64,000 nucleotides of DNA from Octopus bimaculoides. Taxonomy: Eukaryota. A model generated the notes under the pieces. It searched no databases and was not told the origin of the DNA. It worked only from the letters and a program-made list of their open reading frames with translations. The DNA lies in the NCBI RefSeq assembly GCF_001194135.2, contig NC_068989.1, positions 64,893,614 to 64,957,613 of the forward strand, read 5' to 3'. A program made the position numbers and the translations under genes. The first letter of the stretch is position 1, and each line of letters starts with the position of its first letter. Positions 27,291 to 39,575 of the stretch are shown here, one piece after another.

Positions 27291-29613
27291 TTGTTTTAAA
27301 CTTAGGTAAAGAAGTTATATTTTTTATTAAATATAACTAGTACAGGAACGTTTTGATACTACCTCGTATGCACACATCCATCCATCCATCCATTTATACA
27401 CCCGTCCGTCCGTGTATAAGTGTATATGTATTTCATTATCTACCACTGCAAATTCGAAATATAATCATGAAACATAGCCCCGTTAATCGAAATACACACA
27501 GACACACAAACACACACACGCACACACACACACGTACATATATATATATATTATATATACATATTATATATATATACATATTATATATATATACATTCGA
27601 AATATAATCATGAAACACAGCCCCGTTACAGTCTTTTTTTAATGATGAATAGTGAGGGGGGATTGTGGCTTTAATTAGTGTAAATGAAACAAGACTGTCT
27701 AAAAATATTTTATGCATTACCATTGTCCTATCCAATAAAAAAAGTATTTTGAGTCGTTTGACTAAATCAATAAAGATGCGAACGAGACGGTTGCTCAATT
27801 TAATAAAATTCTTTCAAGAAATATTTTTTAACCATCGAACTTCCTCTAGATAGAATTCCAATAATAATACACATTGCTAAATTCGAACTTCATAATATTT
27901 ATATCTGTTGTCACTTGTAATAATATTTTTTCCGTCATGATAAGAATGAAATAAAAAATAATAATAGAGAAATGAAAATATATAAAAAAAAAAAGAAAAT
28001 GAATAATCTACAAACCAAGAAAATACAGCTAGAATTGAAATTGTTTCTTTTACAATTTTTAATATATGACATATTCACATATTTCTTACATGCACTAACG
28101 CATTTTACAAACGCTATATCAATTATAAATGAACAGCAACACTCCAATATTTTCAATATTAAATGAAACAAAGGATTCCGTCACAGGATTAATAACTACA
28201 TCTTTCAACAAAGCAGAAAGTAAGAAAAACAAAACAACATTACAACATCAATAACAACAAGGAAACAGTAGATGAATCCACGATATATGAATCCGCGGTT
28301 TATTATTGCTTGGGTGCTTGTAATAGTCGTCAATGTTGTTCTGCATCACACTGGCCGATCAATCGATTTGATACGTACAGATGGTGCTCAGGTGTTACAT
28401 CTCACCTTGTGTGTATGGTTGGATAACAGATATACAGTCTTACCAAAGCATACAAGGTAGGATGTATACCATTGTAAATTACTTGAGGTCTGATTGCAAA
28501 CGTTCTTAATTTAGTGCAAAATATTTATACTTTCTGATGCATTTAAATGATTATGAAAAACATTTACAGGTTTATAAAAAAAAGATCCCACTTTTTAAAT
28601 GACAAAAGACGAATTATGATGTGGGGAAATGAATGAATGAAAGAATGCATGAAAAGTGAATAAATACAATTATATGAATGATAAATATATTTTGTTCACG
28701 TCATGTCTATCAAGGAGATCCCAGCAATGTTTGTAAGGCTTGAGTAGTTTTTCCACAAATACAACCCGGCATATTCAAATAAATCATAACTAATATATAT
28801 ATATTCTAATGTAGTAGAAGGTATCCCACAAGGAATCATTTCATCATTGTTTTCTTCGGAAATATCATCATGGAACGCCTGATGTCGACACCTAATTGTT
28901 CAGCAGTTACAAATATCTTTAGTTATATGATAAGACAGAAATTATATATGACGTAGAATATTATGTTAAAAGGAGTAGGATTTTCAAATATCTTAACGTA
29001 CTGACATGCACAATCACATTCAAACGAACAGATGCGTGTCTAGGTACTACAGCATCCTTTAGGCTATAAGCTACGTTTTTATTTATCCTAGCCCTCTCTC
29101 TTCCCATATTAAACATGTGATACATACATAGATGTATGTATGTATGTATATATATATATANNNNNNNNNNNNNNNNNNNNNNNNNNNNNNNNNNNNNNNN
29201 NNNNNNNNNNNNNNNNNNNNNNNNNNNNNNNNNNNNNNNNNNNNNNNNNNNNNNNNNNNNNNNNNNNNNNNNNNNNNNNNNNNNNNNNNNNNNNNNNNNN
29301 NNNNNNNNNNNNNNNNNNNNNNNNNNNNNNNNNNNNNNNNNNNNNNNNNNNNNNNNNNNNNNNNNNNNNNNNNNNNNNNNNNNNNNNNNNNNNNNNNNNN
29401 NNNNNNNNNNNNNNNNNNNNNNNNNNNNNNNNNNNNNNNNNNNNNNNNNNNNNNNNNNNNNNNNNNNNNNNNNNNNNNNNNNNNNNNNNNNNNNNNNNNN
29501 NNNNNNNNNNNNNNNNNNNNNNNNNNNNNNNNNNNNNNNNNNNNNNNNNNNNNNNNNNNNNNNNNNNNNNNNNNNNNNNNNNNNNNNNNNNNNNNNNNNN
29601 NNNNNNNNNNNNN

Positions 29614-29672
<59 letters not shown>

Positions 29673-31904
29673 CGTATACGCGAACCTCCGGATGGAATAA
29701 CTGAATATGAAAATACTTCTTTGTGTCTATGAATTTGTTTTCACGTGCATAAATTTTTGAGTTGAATGATGAAAGGTCTGCGCTAACTTAACCTATTTGA
29801 TCGGTATTTGCGGCATTACTGTCCAGATAACTCTTGCAATTTCAAAATTACCCTGTAGGTGCAAACGTCATTATCTGATGTTGATAGTCAAGGCATCAAA
29901 TATCAACTTCAGCTAAATCCAACAACTTCTGTATCAGTTTAGCAATGAACAGACAGCAAGATTTCGATACGCTTTTTCATGATAGCTCATTAAAAATAAT
30001 GTATTTACGATCTAAAAAATATGATCTGACCTTAGTTTTAGAAATTCTTATTCATTCTCGATCAGTTTTGTTCACCAAAATGCCCGACACAGACAAATGA
30101 TCTTTATCAGCTGAAACAGTATCTCAGCTGGAACAGTAAAGTTCATCATTTGATATTGTCTCTGTGGCAAATTTGATACCCATTTCGATCTGGCTTTATC
30201 AGCTTACTCTGTATCTCAATACAGTTGTTCATCATCTGATATTGTCTCCTTGGCAAATTTGATATCCATTTAGATCTTTCTTTAAACGTTAACTATTGCG
30301 GTATACATTTCGAAGCTTACACAATCAGCAGCATTTTTACCGGGATCAGAGAACAGTCAATCTCCCCCTGCAGAAAGTTATGTGGGGTGACTGTGACAAA
30401 GGTATTTCTATAAACGAATATTACAATGAACTTTACTGAGTTTACATGTTTCTGTCCTTTCTATGAATAAAAGTACATCTCTAAGAAATAGGACTGTTAG
30501 ATGAGGATACTTAGTTTTAGCGAAGAAATGTTTGTATTTAGATTTGTACACAAGTGATCGGCAAATGGAATGTTATATGCACAGCTCAACTTTAACTCTA
30601 ATATTGTAATACTATATTTAGCAATGTCCCCGAGTGATCGAAAAATAGAAAGGAATATTAAAACGAGCAAATTCTAATATTCCATCATTCTATTTTGTCA
30701 TACTTACAATGCCCCTGGTAGTTTGTAACTGTTTGTGGCTTTAATAATAAATCTGTCTACTTATAATGGTACCAATTCTATAAGCTTTCTGCACCAATGT
30801 AAAAGATAGTTAAGAGTATCTTATAACATATCCTCTAATAAAAAAAAATTATTCTTCACCAATGGAAAGATTGTGTAGCATTTATGAGAGCCTGTCCTTG
30901 TGGAATCTGATTGTTAGAAATAGCAGCTATATTTCACTAAAAATCAGAATTTATCGTCTTAAGAAATGGCAGAAGATATTGAAGAATCTTGTCGTCTTAT
31001 CATTGCTAAACCAGAAAAAAAGAGAGAATATTTTCACACTCCAAACCTTTGATCAGAGTTCTCCTTCAGAAGTGACTTACAGTTACACAACAGCAATCCG
31101 TCATGCAGGTGCAGTATCACAATTGATGTGGTGTTATATGTCGTAACTGATGATCCCGTCCTCCATATTGCTTTGAAGCTCAGATTGATAGATGGATCCT
31201 GAATAGCTCTCTCAGTTTACAATTCAATGATAATGCATGGGATGTATTTGATCTGCTTAGATATAAGGTTTTCCCCTCTGATTTTAATAGTGTATGACAC
31301 AAGTATTAGTCACCGTTATGTAGACCTGTCCTGGTGGTGCCTCTATATTATATGAAATATTTTCTTTGTGAACGGCCCTTTATTTGCGAAACACGGGTGT
31401 ATGTTTAACAACAACAGCAATCAAGTCTTTCTCTAATTTGCCTGTACTCTTCAAATATGTTAAACTAGCTAAGACCGATAGAACGATGAAGTCTTCAACG
31501 GAACACTTTGACCATAGCTTTATTGACTCAAAGCTGAACTGAACCTAATAAGAACGTGTCATAGACGGGCTTTACATTCTTAGATAATGTTCAGTGACAC
31601 AATAACGGACCTTTCCTATCATATATACACTGAAAAACGCAATGTATTTATTGTAAATTATTCTAAGAATTTGTGGCTCATGTTATGCATGTCACCGTCA
31701 ATTGAAGAAAACAGGATTTGCTCGATATAGAAGTTACTATTTGGCCAGAACTACTCGTTTGGTTCTCTACGGTGCAGCAAAGATATCTAAGGATAAGTGA
31801 TGAAAAATATATGCTTGCATTTGTGATGTTACATAAGTCTTGGTTACTCATACTAAATTTATTGGAGTATATTCAGTCATCGTTAGAACGGTAGACTTTT
31901 ACAA

Positions 31905-32092
31905 TAAAAGTAAGTGGGGTAGGCAGTGTCCATGACACTCACTGCGCCTCAACTATTTCTTATTTTATCAACCCCGAAAAGGATGAAAAGCAAAGTCGAC
32001 GTCAACGGAATTTGATCTTTTAACCCAAAGACGGAAAAAGTGCCGCTGAGTATTTTACCCAGCGTTCTAACGATTCTTCTAATTCGCCGCCT
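31905..32092 (-). mobile_element. SINE family A copy
   Basis: ccccgaaaaggatgaaaagcaaagtcgacgtcaacggaatttg...ttcgccgcc. Confidence 0.7.
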
Positions 32093-32559
32093 TAGCTTAC
32101 TCGGCCATATTACCACATTATCTTATTAAACATACACTGTACTCATAGCCTAATGGTTAGGGAGTTCAGTTCACAATTATTAGTTCCTGTATTCAATCCC
32201 ACTTCTTAGCAATTCAGGCAAGCGGAGTTTACTATAGTCATATATTTACATGAGATTTATGAGTGAAGCTGTGTCGACTAGAACTGTATAGAACTGATCG
32301 AATGTACTTTACCAGAAATTCACTAAGACAAAGTTATCTATCGAAAGTGTCACGCTGCATTAGGATTAAATTAAGGATGCGACTGCTCGTGGAATAATAA
32401 GCCAACTACAATACAATCTAATACATGGATTGTTTAATTAATCGAGCTACTGAACATGAATCTTCGAGCTTGACAGAGGAGCCATCTTATTTTGTTACTC
32501 TGTACATTAATCTGAGAACTGCTAAGAACTACCCCAAAACTGGACATTAATAATTGCTT

Positions 32560-32760
32560 CACGTTTTGACTCAAAGCCAGCAATTTTAGAAGAAGCGGGT
32601 AATCAATTACATCCAACTCAGTACTTGACTGGTACTTTATCTTATCGACCTAGAAACGATGAAAGGCAAAGTTAACATAGGCAGTATTTGAACTCAAAGC
32701 AGAAAGGAGCACAGCTTAGCATTTTGTTCGACTCCCTAACAGGCCTACTGCGTCCCCTCC
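32560..32760 (-). mobile_element. Degenerate SINE family A copy
   Basis: ttatcgacctagaaacgatgaaaggcaaagttaacataggcagtatttgaactc. Confidence 0.6.
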
Positions 32761-33926
32761 TTAAACTGGGTATCAATAATAAAATATTTCTAGACTGTGT
32801 TGTAGTTCTCTGTGGTGGGTCCTTGTTTTCTGGTGTTGAATCTGTTATCGCGGGAGTATTTAGCTACAATATGCGTTCGAAAGGTAAACTTTATTTTTCA
32901 TCGTTTCGAGCAAGGTAAAATAAGTACTTACAAGTACTCTATCGATTTAATCAACATCTGGGAGTTTTATTGCTAATCACTGGTGCAAGCATTCAGACTC
33001 TATTTCCGATTTGAGGATACATACTTCCTTTTTTTCTATCAATCTCGGAGGCCATGTAAGGCATCATGGGCATTGCCTTCACTCCTGACTAAACAATAAG
33101 ATAGTGACTAATCTAAATTAGAAATCAGTTATTGTGAATTGTAATAGTGAATCATTTTTCGTTGTTTTTCTCGCGGGTGATTTGTTTGAAACAGTACAAG
33201 TTAAACACCAATCTGTATATGACCGTCTATCGTTTGAAACTCTCACCCTCCGTAATTTCATGCATTGAGTTGCAAGGTCTATACGAACTCCGCCACTGTC
33301 GTCAGTTTCTCTTATATAGAGAAACCCTCAGAGTCATTCATAAATGATCACATATAAAGGACAGATGTCTCGGTATAAGAGCATTCTGTAGGCTATGTTT
33401 CTCTTTATCCCAGTTACAACTTCCCGCACTACACACACATTCGTACGCGCACACACACATACATTCATACATACGTGCGTACATACATAGGAATACTCTG
33501 AGAAATAACTGTTTGGCGAAATATGTTTTCGGTTACATACTTAGAATAGAAGTTGAAAAGCATTAATATCATAAATAGTTCCCACATCAGTTGTGTTCAG
33601 TATCGGTTTCATTAAAATAAACATCCCTAAATGTAAAGTTACATAACTGTAATACTTAAATAATTAATTGAAATTGAATTGATTTAAACTGAATTAACCT
33701 GGAAGTTTCCTATACCAAAATCATTAGAATATTTAATAAACTTAATTTAAAATAATCTAATTTAAATTAATTATAGATGTATTACAATTATGTAAATATA
33801 CAGTTACTGAAGTTTATCAGAAACTGTTGGAGAACACGAAGTTTGATGTCCATGTGAAATGTGAAATATTATGCTCTTCTGCTTTTACTAAAAATATGCA
33901 GCTCTAAAAGATCGTTTTAGCAGGTT

Positions 33927-34037
33927 ATATTTTCTGTTATTGATATTTTCTGTTATTGATATTTTCTGTTATTGATATTTTCTGTTATTGATATTTTCGG
34001 TTATTGATATTTTCTGTTATTGATATTTTCTGTTATT
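33927..34037. repeat. 16-bp minisatellite, 7 copies
   Basis: Unit ATATTTTCTGTTATTG; copy 5 has TCGG and the last copy lacks the final G. Confidence 0.95.
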
Positions 34038-34916
34038 ACATTCACGTCATGTCATTTCATAAATGAAGGCAATGAACTGGCAGAGTCATTAAATGGTCGG
34101 AGAATATGCTTTGCTGTCTTTAAGCAGGGTATTTACTATCTGATTTAATATCCAGTTGAGAAGAACTTTGCCTTTCAGCATCTTGAGATAAATAAAACAT
34201 AATGGCAATATAGTATTTGGGTCAATAGTATTCACTAATTTGTTCCACTTAAAATTGCTGGCTTGTCTCTAAATTAAAAACAGTATTTTAATTTCTTAAT
34301 ATTTAGATTAATGGAAATATTTCAATCCATTAGTTTTAACATATCAAGAAGTGACGCCGCTGAAATTAAAAATATTCGCGAACAATTAAGGAAAATAAAT
34401 CTGTTACATAACAAGAAAAAAACTGGTATTAAGAAATCTAGCCTACTATAAAATTTCGGAAAATGAAAGCATAGTTGTGGGGTTGTGACGGAGGGATTCA
34501 CTATTTGAAGTACAACATTTTAAAATAGGCTTAATGACTTTCAGAAATTAAACAAGTATTCACAAATGCTGTGTAATTATGAGATGAGATATATTTCAAT
34601 ATCTCGCACACTGAGCTGACTCATAATATAATTAATTTCAGTTTTCAAACTAAAAGAAGAAAATGAAATTCAGAAACAAATATAATTGCAATAGCTTAAA
34701 TTATTCTGTTAATTGAGGAGAAATTCAAGATTGGGAATTAACCAGACGATTGCAAAGATATTTCGGTAGAATCAATGCAAAAAACAAACGTAAAAACAAA
34801 CGAAAAACAAACAAAACAATTCTAAACAAAGGCAAAAAACAAAAACAAAAGCGAATACAAATAACGAAGAACTACGGACTCTGTTTCCGCATTTGACGCT
34901 AACATTAAGCACACAC

Positions 34917-34947
<31 letters not shown>

Positions 34948-34992
34948 TGTATGTATGTATATACATATATTTCTGAAGACAACACTCATACA

Positions 34993-35064
<72 letters not shown>

Positions 35065-35195
35065 CCATTCAACTTAAATAATGAAATTGCAGATACAATA
35101 TCTCTGCAGATCACACGCCTGTTTTCATTCCTCCACTTCGCACTCTATTTCATATCTTCTCTGGAATAACTATTGCTTAACTATTTTCTCGCGCC

Positions 35196-35243
35196 GTCTT
35201 CGATGAAGGGATATTTAAAATATCCCGGAAACAGCTGTAAGAC
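35196..35243 (+). ncRNA. Minimal type-I hammerhead ribozyme motif with variant core and palindromic stem III
   Basis: GTCT-TCGATGA-A-GGGATAT-ttaaa-ATATCCC-G-GAAAC-AGCT-GTA-AGAC. Stem I is GTCT/AGAC, stem II is a perfect 7 bp, stem III is the palindrome ACAGCTGT, and the cleavage triplet is GUA. The first box reads TCGATGA instead of CTGATGA. Confidence 0.6.
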
Positions 35244-35839
35244 CTTCTCTTTATAAATGTCCTGCTTAGAAGTGCTGAAGTCGAACCTAAGACGTTAGAC
35301 AGGTATGAAAAATAAAAGGAAAAATTCAGATTAGGCAAACCACTATCAACACATACGTGTGCGGATTTGATGAAGGTAAAATTCGTCTAAAATTTTAACC
35401 TATTATAATATATCGAACATAGAAAAATATAGGAATATTCAAAATATGTATAAATATCAATATATAAATATGAGTGTATAAACATAGTGATAATATACTA
35501 AAATATAAGAATATAAATAAGAAAGTTTTTAAAGCATTTGAAACGATAGTCAAAAGTTCATGATAAGCGTCTAATAATTTTTCTTGTTACTACTTTAGAT
35601 AATAATATGCACTGAATGCATATCTACCGTGAATATCAACATTTTTCCCTTACGAAGGAGACATCCTCCGAAAATGGATTTCAAGATCCATTTATCACTC
35701 GGAAGAATGAATCCCAGAAACAGTTGTCGGAATATAATCACCTAAAATTGTAACCCTAAATCTTATTAGACGTCTATTGTAAACTTTTGACTATTTTTTC
35801 AAAGCCTTTAAAAACTTTCTTATCAAGATTCTTACCTTT

Positions 35840-36058
35840 TATTATAATTTTTCTACTCTAATCACAAGCTCGAAATTTTTGAGGAGGGGGCCAGTCGATT
35901 AAATCGACCCCAGTACGAACCTTGTACTTAATTTATCGACCCCGAAAGGATGAAAAGCAAAGTCGACCTCTGCGGAATTTGAACTCAGAATGTAAAGACA
36001 GACGAAATATCGCTATGTATTTCGCCCGGCGTGTTAACGTTTCTGCCAGCTCACCGCC
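35840..36058 (-). mobile_element. tRNA-derived SINE family A (well-preserved copy)
   Basis: The minus strand starts GGCGGTGAGCTGGCAGAAACG, has box B GTTCAAATTCC and a core CTTTGCTTTTCATCCTTTCGGGGTCGATAAATT, and contains a GTCGATTTAATCGAC hairpin. Confidence 0.85.
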
Positions 36059-36192
36059 TTTTATCTTTCCTTATATCATAACTATGTTCGATATATTAAT
36101 ATATGCTTTAATTTTATACTAATTCTACCTTGATCAAATCCGTGCACATATGTGTTTATAATGGTTTGTCTATCTGAATTTTTTTCTCTTAT

Positions 36193-36230
<38 letters not shown>

Positions 36231-36264
36231 NNNNNNNNNNNNNNNNNNNNNNNNNNNNNNNNNN

Positions 36265-36295
<31 letters not shown>

Positions 36296-36863
36296 GAATA
36301 TAAATATATGTTATCCTGAGAATAAGGTCAGATGCCTTATATCTGAGACGAACTATTAGAATCGTACTATTCCAGTCCCAAATGACATTTAGAATCGCAA
36401 TGTAAAAATCTATGAATAAATAAAGGAACAAATAGAGAATTATTCTAATTTGAAAATGTTATTTCACATCCTGAATACACTAAAATTCCTTTTACACAGC
36501 CACGCATTCATTACCTTGATCTTCATTCCCCTACCACTGAGAAAATATCTTTAAATAATGAGAAATGGTGTTTGTTATTATTATCACCATTAGTATTTCC
36601 CGTGGAATTACCTTATTTCTTTATAATTTTTGCATTATATTTGGATATTTGCTTCCAATGTTTATGGAGAAGCGTTCATGTGTCCCTATTAAGCATGAGT
36701 TGTTACTAATTTCGGAAGTATTAAAATACTAATTTTAAATGTAATTTTAAAATTCATTAAAAAATATTCATTGGAAAACCGAAAAAAAATATTCAGAATA
36801 AAAACCAAAGAAAATAATATCATGAACTACAAAAAAACAACAATAAAAATGGTCTTAACTCAC

Positions 36864-37343
36864 ATCACTTGTTCCTGAGCCAAACAGTAGCAAATCAAAA
36901 GGAATGGCAGCAATAGCATCAATAAGAAACCATCCTTTCACATAGTGTTTGGCAATTAACTGAGGATCACTGGCCACTTCACCATTTTGAAGGAAGGTAG
37001 TTCGAAAGTTAATAAGAATGTCAGCTATGAACATAATGTCAACAAGGAGGTCAATTATCACCAGGGGATCCGCCTTGCTTGTCTCGGCGTTTTTCAGGCG
37101 CGTCGCAGCATCCCTGTTAAGCTTCATTCGGATTTCGTCTTCATTTAGAAGGAAGGCCGCTGAATAGGGAGTAAACACGGCTGTGTACAGAACTAGCAGC
37201 AGGATTATCCAATCCCAAACGGCTTTGAACGGAGAATAGTGGAGGATTATGAACTTCATTTGTGTCGACTGTTGACGTTTGCTTGGTTCCGGTTCTACTA
37301 AACTTCGGGACTCTTCATCACTTTTATCTTGTTTGTTGGATTC
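36864..37343 (-). CDS. KCNH2: Internal coding exon (160 aa, S1-S3) of an Erg-subfamily (KCNH2/6/7-like) voltage-gated K+ channel
   Basis: Translation ...[34 protein letters not shown]...[20 protein letters not shown]...[28 protein letters not shown] closely matches hERG S1-S3. The acceptor has a long polypyrimidine tract ending ...tttatatcctacag|GAA (AG at 37345-37344) and the donor is GAT|gtgagt (GT at 36863-36862). Both ends are phase 0, as for hERG exon 6 (V377-E519). The symbol denotes the subfamily, not proven orthology. Confidence 0.95.
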
Positions 37344-38689
37344 CTGTAGGATATAAAATGGAAAGAGTAAGAAATTGACAAAATAGTAAGAAAATGAAAA
37401 ACAGTAAGAGATTCTCTCCAACTGTTTCAGACGCATTTTCATTGATGAGCAAATCAATTACATTACAAAAAAAAAAAAACAAAAAAAAAAACAGACCAAT
37501 TTTCGTCGGAAGAATTTAAAATTTAAATCTAAAATTTAATATTTAACATTTGGACCAAAAAGTATATATCTTGACTCACTCTTCTCAAGGACGACCAAAA
37601 GAGTTTATATGCGATTGCACATATGCATGTATATTTATAATCGATGACAATATGGATTTGTTCATGGGCATGTGTATGTATTTGGATGGACAATTCTGTA
37701 TGTATACATGAATATATACGTAAGTGTCAATATATATACTGTTGATACACGGGTATGATTTTCTCGACCTGAAATCGATGTTTTTATAACTAAAATATCT
37801 TGATTCAAAAGGATACTTCAAATGATAATAATAATAATAATAATTATATATATATNNNNNNNNNNNNNNNNNNNNNNNNNNNNNNNNNNNNNNNNNNNNN
37901 NNNNNNNNNNNNNNNNNNNNNNNNNNNNNNNNNNNNNNNNNNNNNNNNNNNNNNNNNNNNNNNNNNNNNNNNNNNNNNNNNNNNNNNNNNNNNNNNNNNN
38001 NNNNNNNNNNNNNNNNNNNNNNNNNNNNNNNNNNNNNNNNNNNNNNNNNNNNNNNNNNNNNNNNNNNNNNNNNNNNNNNNNNNNNNNNNNNNNNNNNNNN
38101 NNNNNNNNNNNNNNNNNNNNNNNNNNNNNNNNNNNNNNNNNNNNNNNNNNNNNNNNNNNNNNNNNNNNNNNNNNNNNNNNNNNNNNNNNNNNNNNNNNNN
38201 NNNNNNNNNNNNNNNNNNNNNNNNNNNNNNNNNNNNNNNNNNNNNNNNNNNNNNNNNNNNNNNNNNNNNNNNNNNNNNNNNNNNNNNNNNNNNNNNNNNN
38301 NNNNNNNNNNNNNNNNNNNNNNNNNNNNNNNNNNNNNNNNNNNNNNNNNNNNNNNNNNNNNNNNNNNNNNNNNNNNNNNNNNNNNNNNNNNNNNNNNNNN
38401 NNNNNNNNNNNNNNNNNNNNNNNNNNNNNNNNNNNNNNNNNNNNNNNNNNNNNNNNNNNNNNNNNNNNNNNNNNNNNNNNNNNNNNNNNNNNNNNNNNNN
38501 NNNNNNNNNNNNNNNNNNNNNNNNNNNNNNNNNNNNNNNNNNNNNNNNNNNNNNNNNNNNNNNNNNNNNNNNNNNNNNNNNNNNNNNNNNNNNNNNNNNN
38601 NNNNNNNNNNNNNNNNNNNNNNNNNNNNNNNNNNNNNNNNNNNNNNNNNNNNNNNNNNNTATATATATATATATATTCTTTCAATCCTT

Positions 38690-38900
38690 TACTTCTCTTA
38701 AACTGCGGCTATTCCGGACCACCACATTAAGGGGGTTTAGTCGACCAAATCATCCTCAGAAATTATTATTTGTAAGACTAGTGCTTATTCTATCGGTTTC
38801 TTTTGATGAAATACTAATTTACGGGGATGTAAACACAACAACATCGGTTGCCAATCGATGCTGGTGAGTGGTGGACAAACTCAGACACAAAGACACAAAT
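38690..38900 (-). mobile_element. Degenerate family B 3' module
   Basis: tttagtcgaccaaatc...cttattctatcgg...acggggatgtaaacacaacaacatcggttg...ggacaaactcagacac. Confidence 0.7.
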
Positions 38901-39029
38901 ATATCATTTTTTTCTCGCCACTCCTTAATTCCTCTATCCCTCTGCTTCTGCTTGTCTCTCTTCTCTCTCCACGTGACCGGTATTCGGCCAGGTCTGACCT
39001 TTCTTTCTATTCAACTGCTTGAATAAAAC

Positions 39030-39493
39030 GACGCAGATCGAGATGAAAAGTGGTTCCAGAAAGATGGGGCCACCCTCTACGAATCAAATGACTCCCTAGG
39101 CTGCCTCAAAGAATGATTTCAGGGGAGTCTGATGAGCAGGACGTGTGACGTTTAGTGGGTACCGCGTTTATCGGACCTGACCCCTACCCCCGCTTTTTAT
39201 CTATGGGAGTATAATCTGTACTGTTGGAATAATGTTTACCAGAATAACTCTCAAACGATCGGTGAACTGAAGGCAGCAATCAAAACAGAAATCAGGAAAA
39301 TCCCAAAAGATGAACGTGTTCCAGTGATTGACAATTTTGTGCGATGTATGCAAGTGTTTGCGCGATATATGCCGTTTGGAGCGTATTTTGAAAGGAACAA
39401 GACTTTTATGCAAAGGGAATGATTGTAATTTGCTGGACCTTTATAGGATCTAATAAAAATTTTATGGGTACTTTTTTAGGGGGTTACCCTGTA
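39030..39493 (+). mobile_element. 3' half of a Tc1/mariner-superfamily element, with a putative right terminus ending ...ggggttaccctg-TA
   Basis: WFQKDGATL (cf. WFQQDGAT), SDLTP..FYLW and NVYQNNSQTIGELKAAIKTEIRKIPKDERVPVIDNFVRCMQV. The end resembles a CAGGGT-type TIR followed by a TA dinucleotide. Confidence 0.8.

Positions 39494-39575
<82 letters not shown>

Noticed and set aside
33927-34037. Regular repeat array as a CRISPR
   Set aside because: The units are contiguous with no spacers, the context is eukaryotic, and there are no cas genes.
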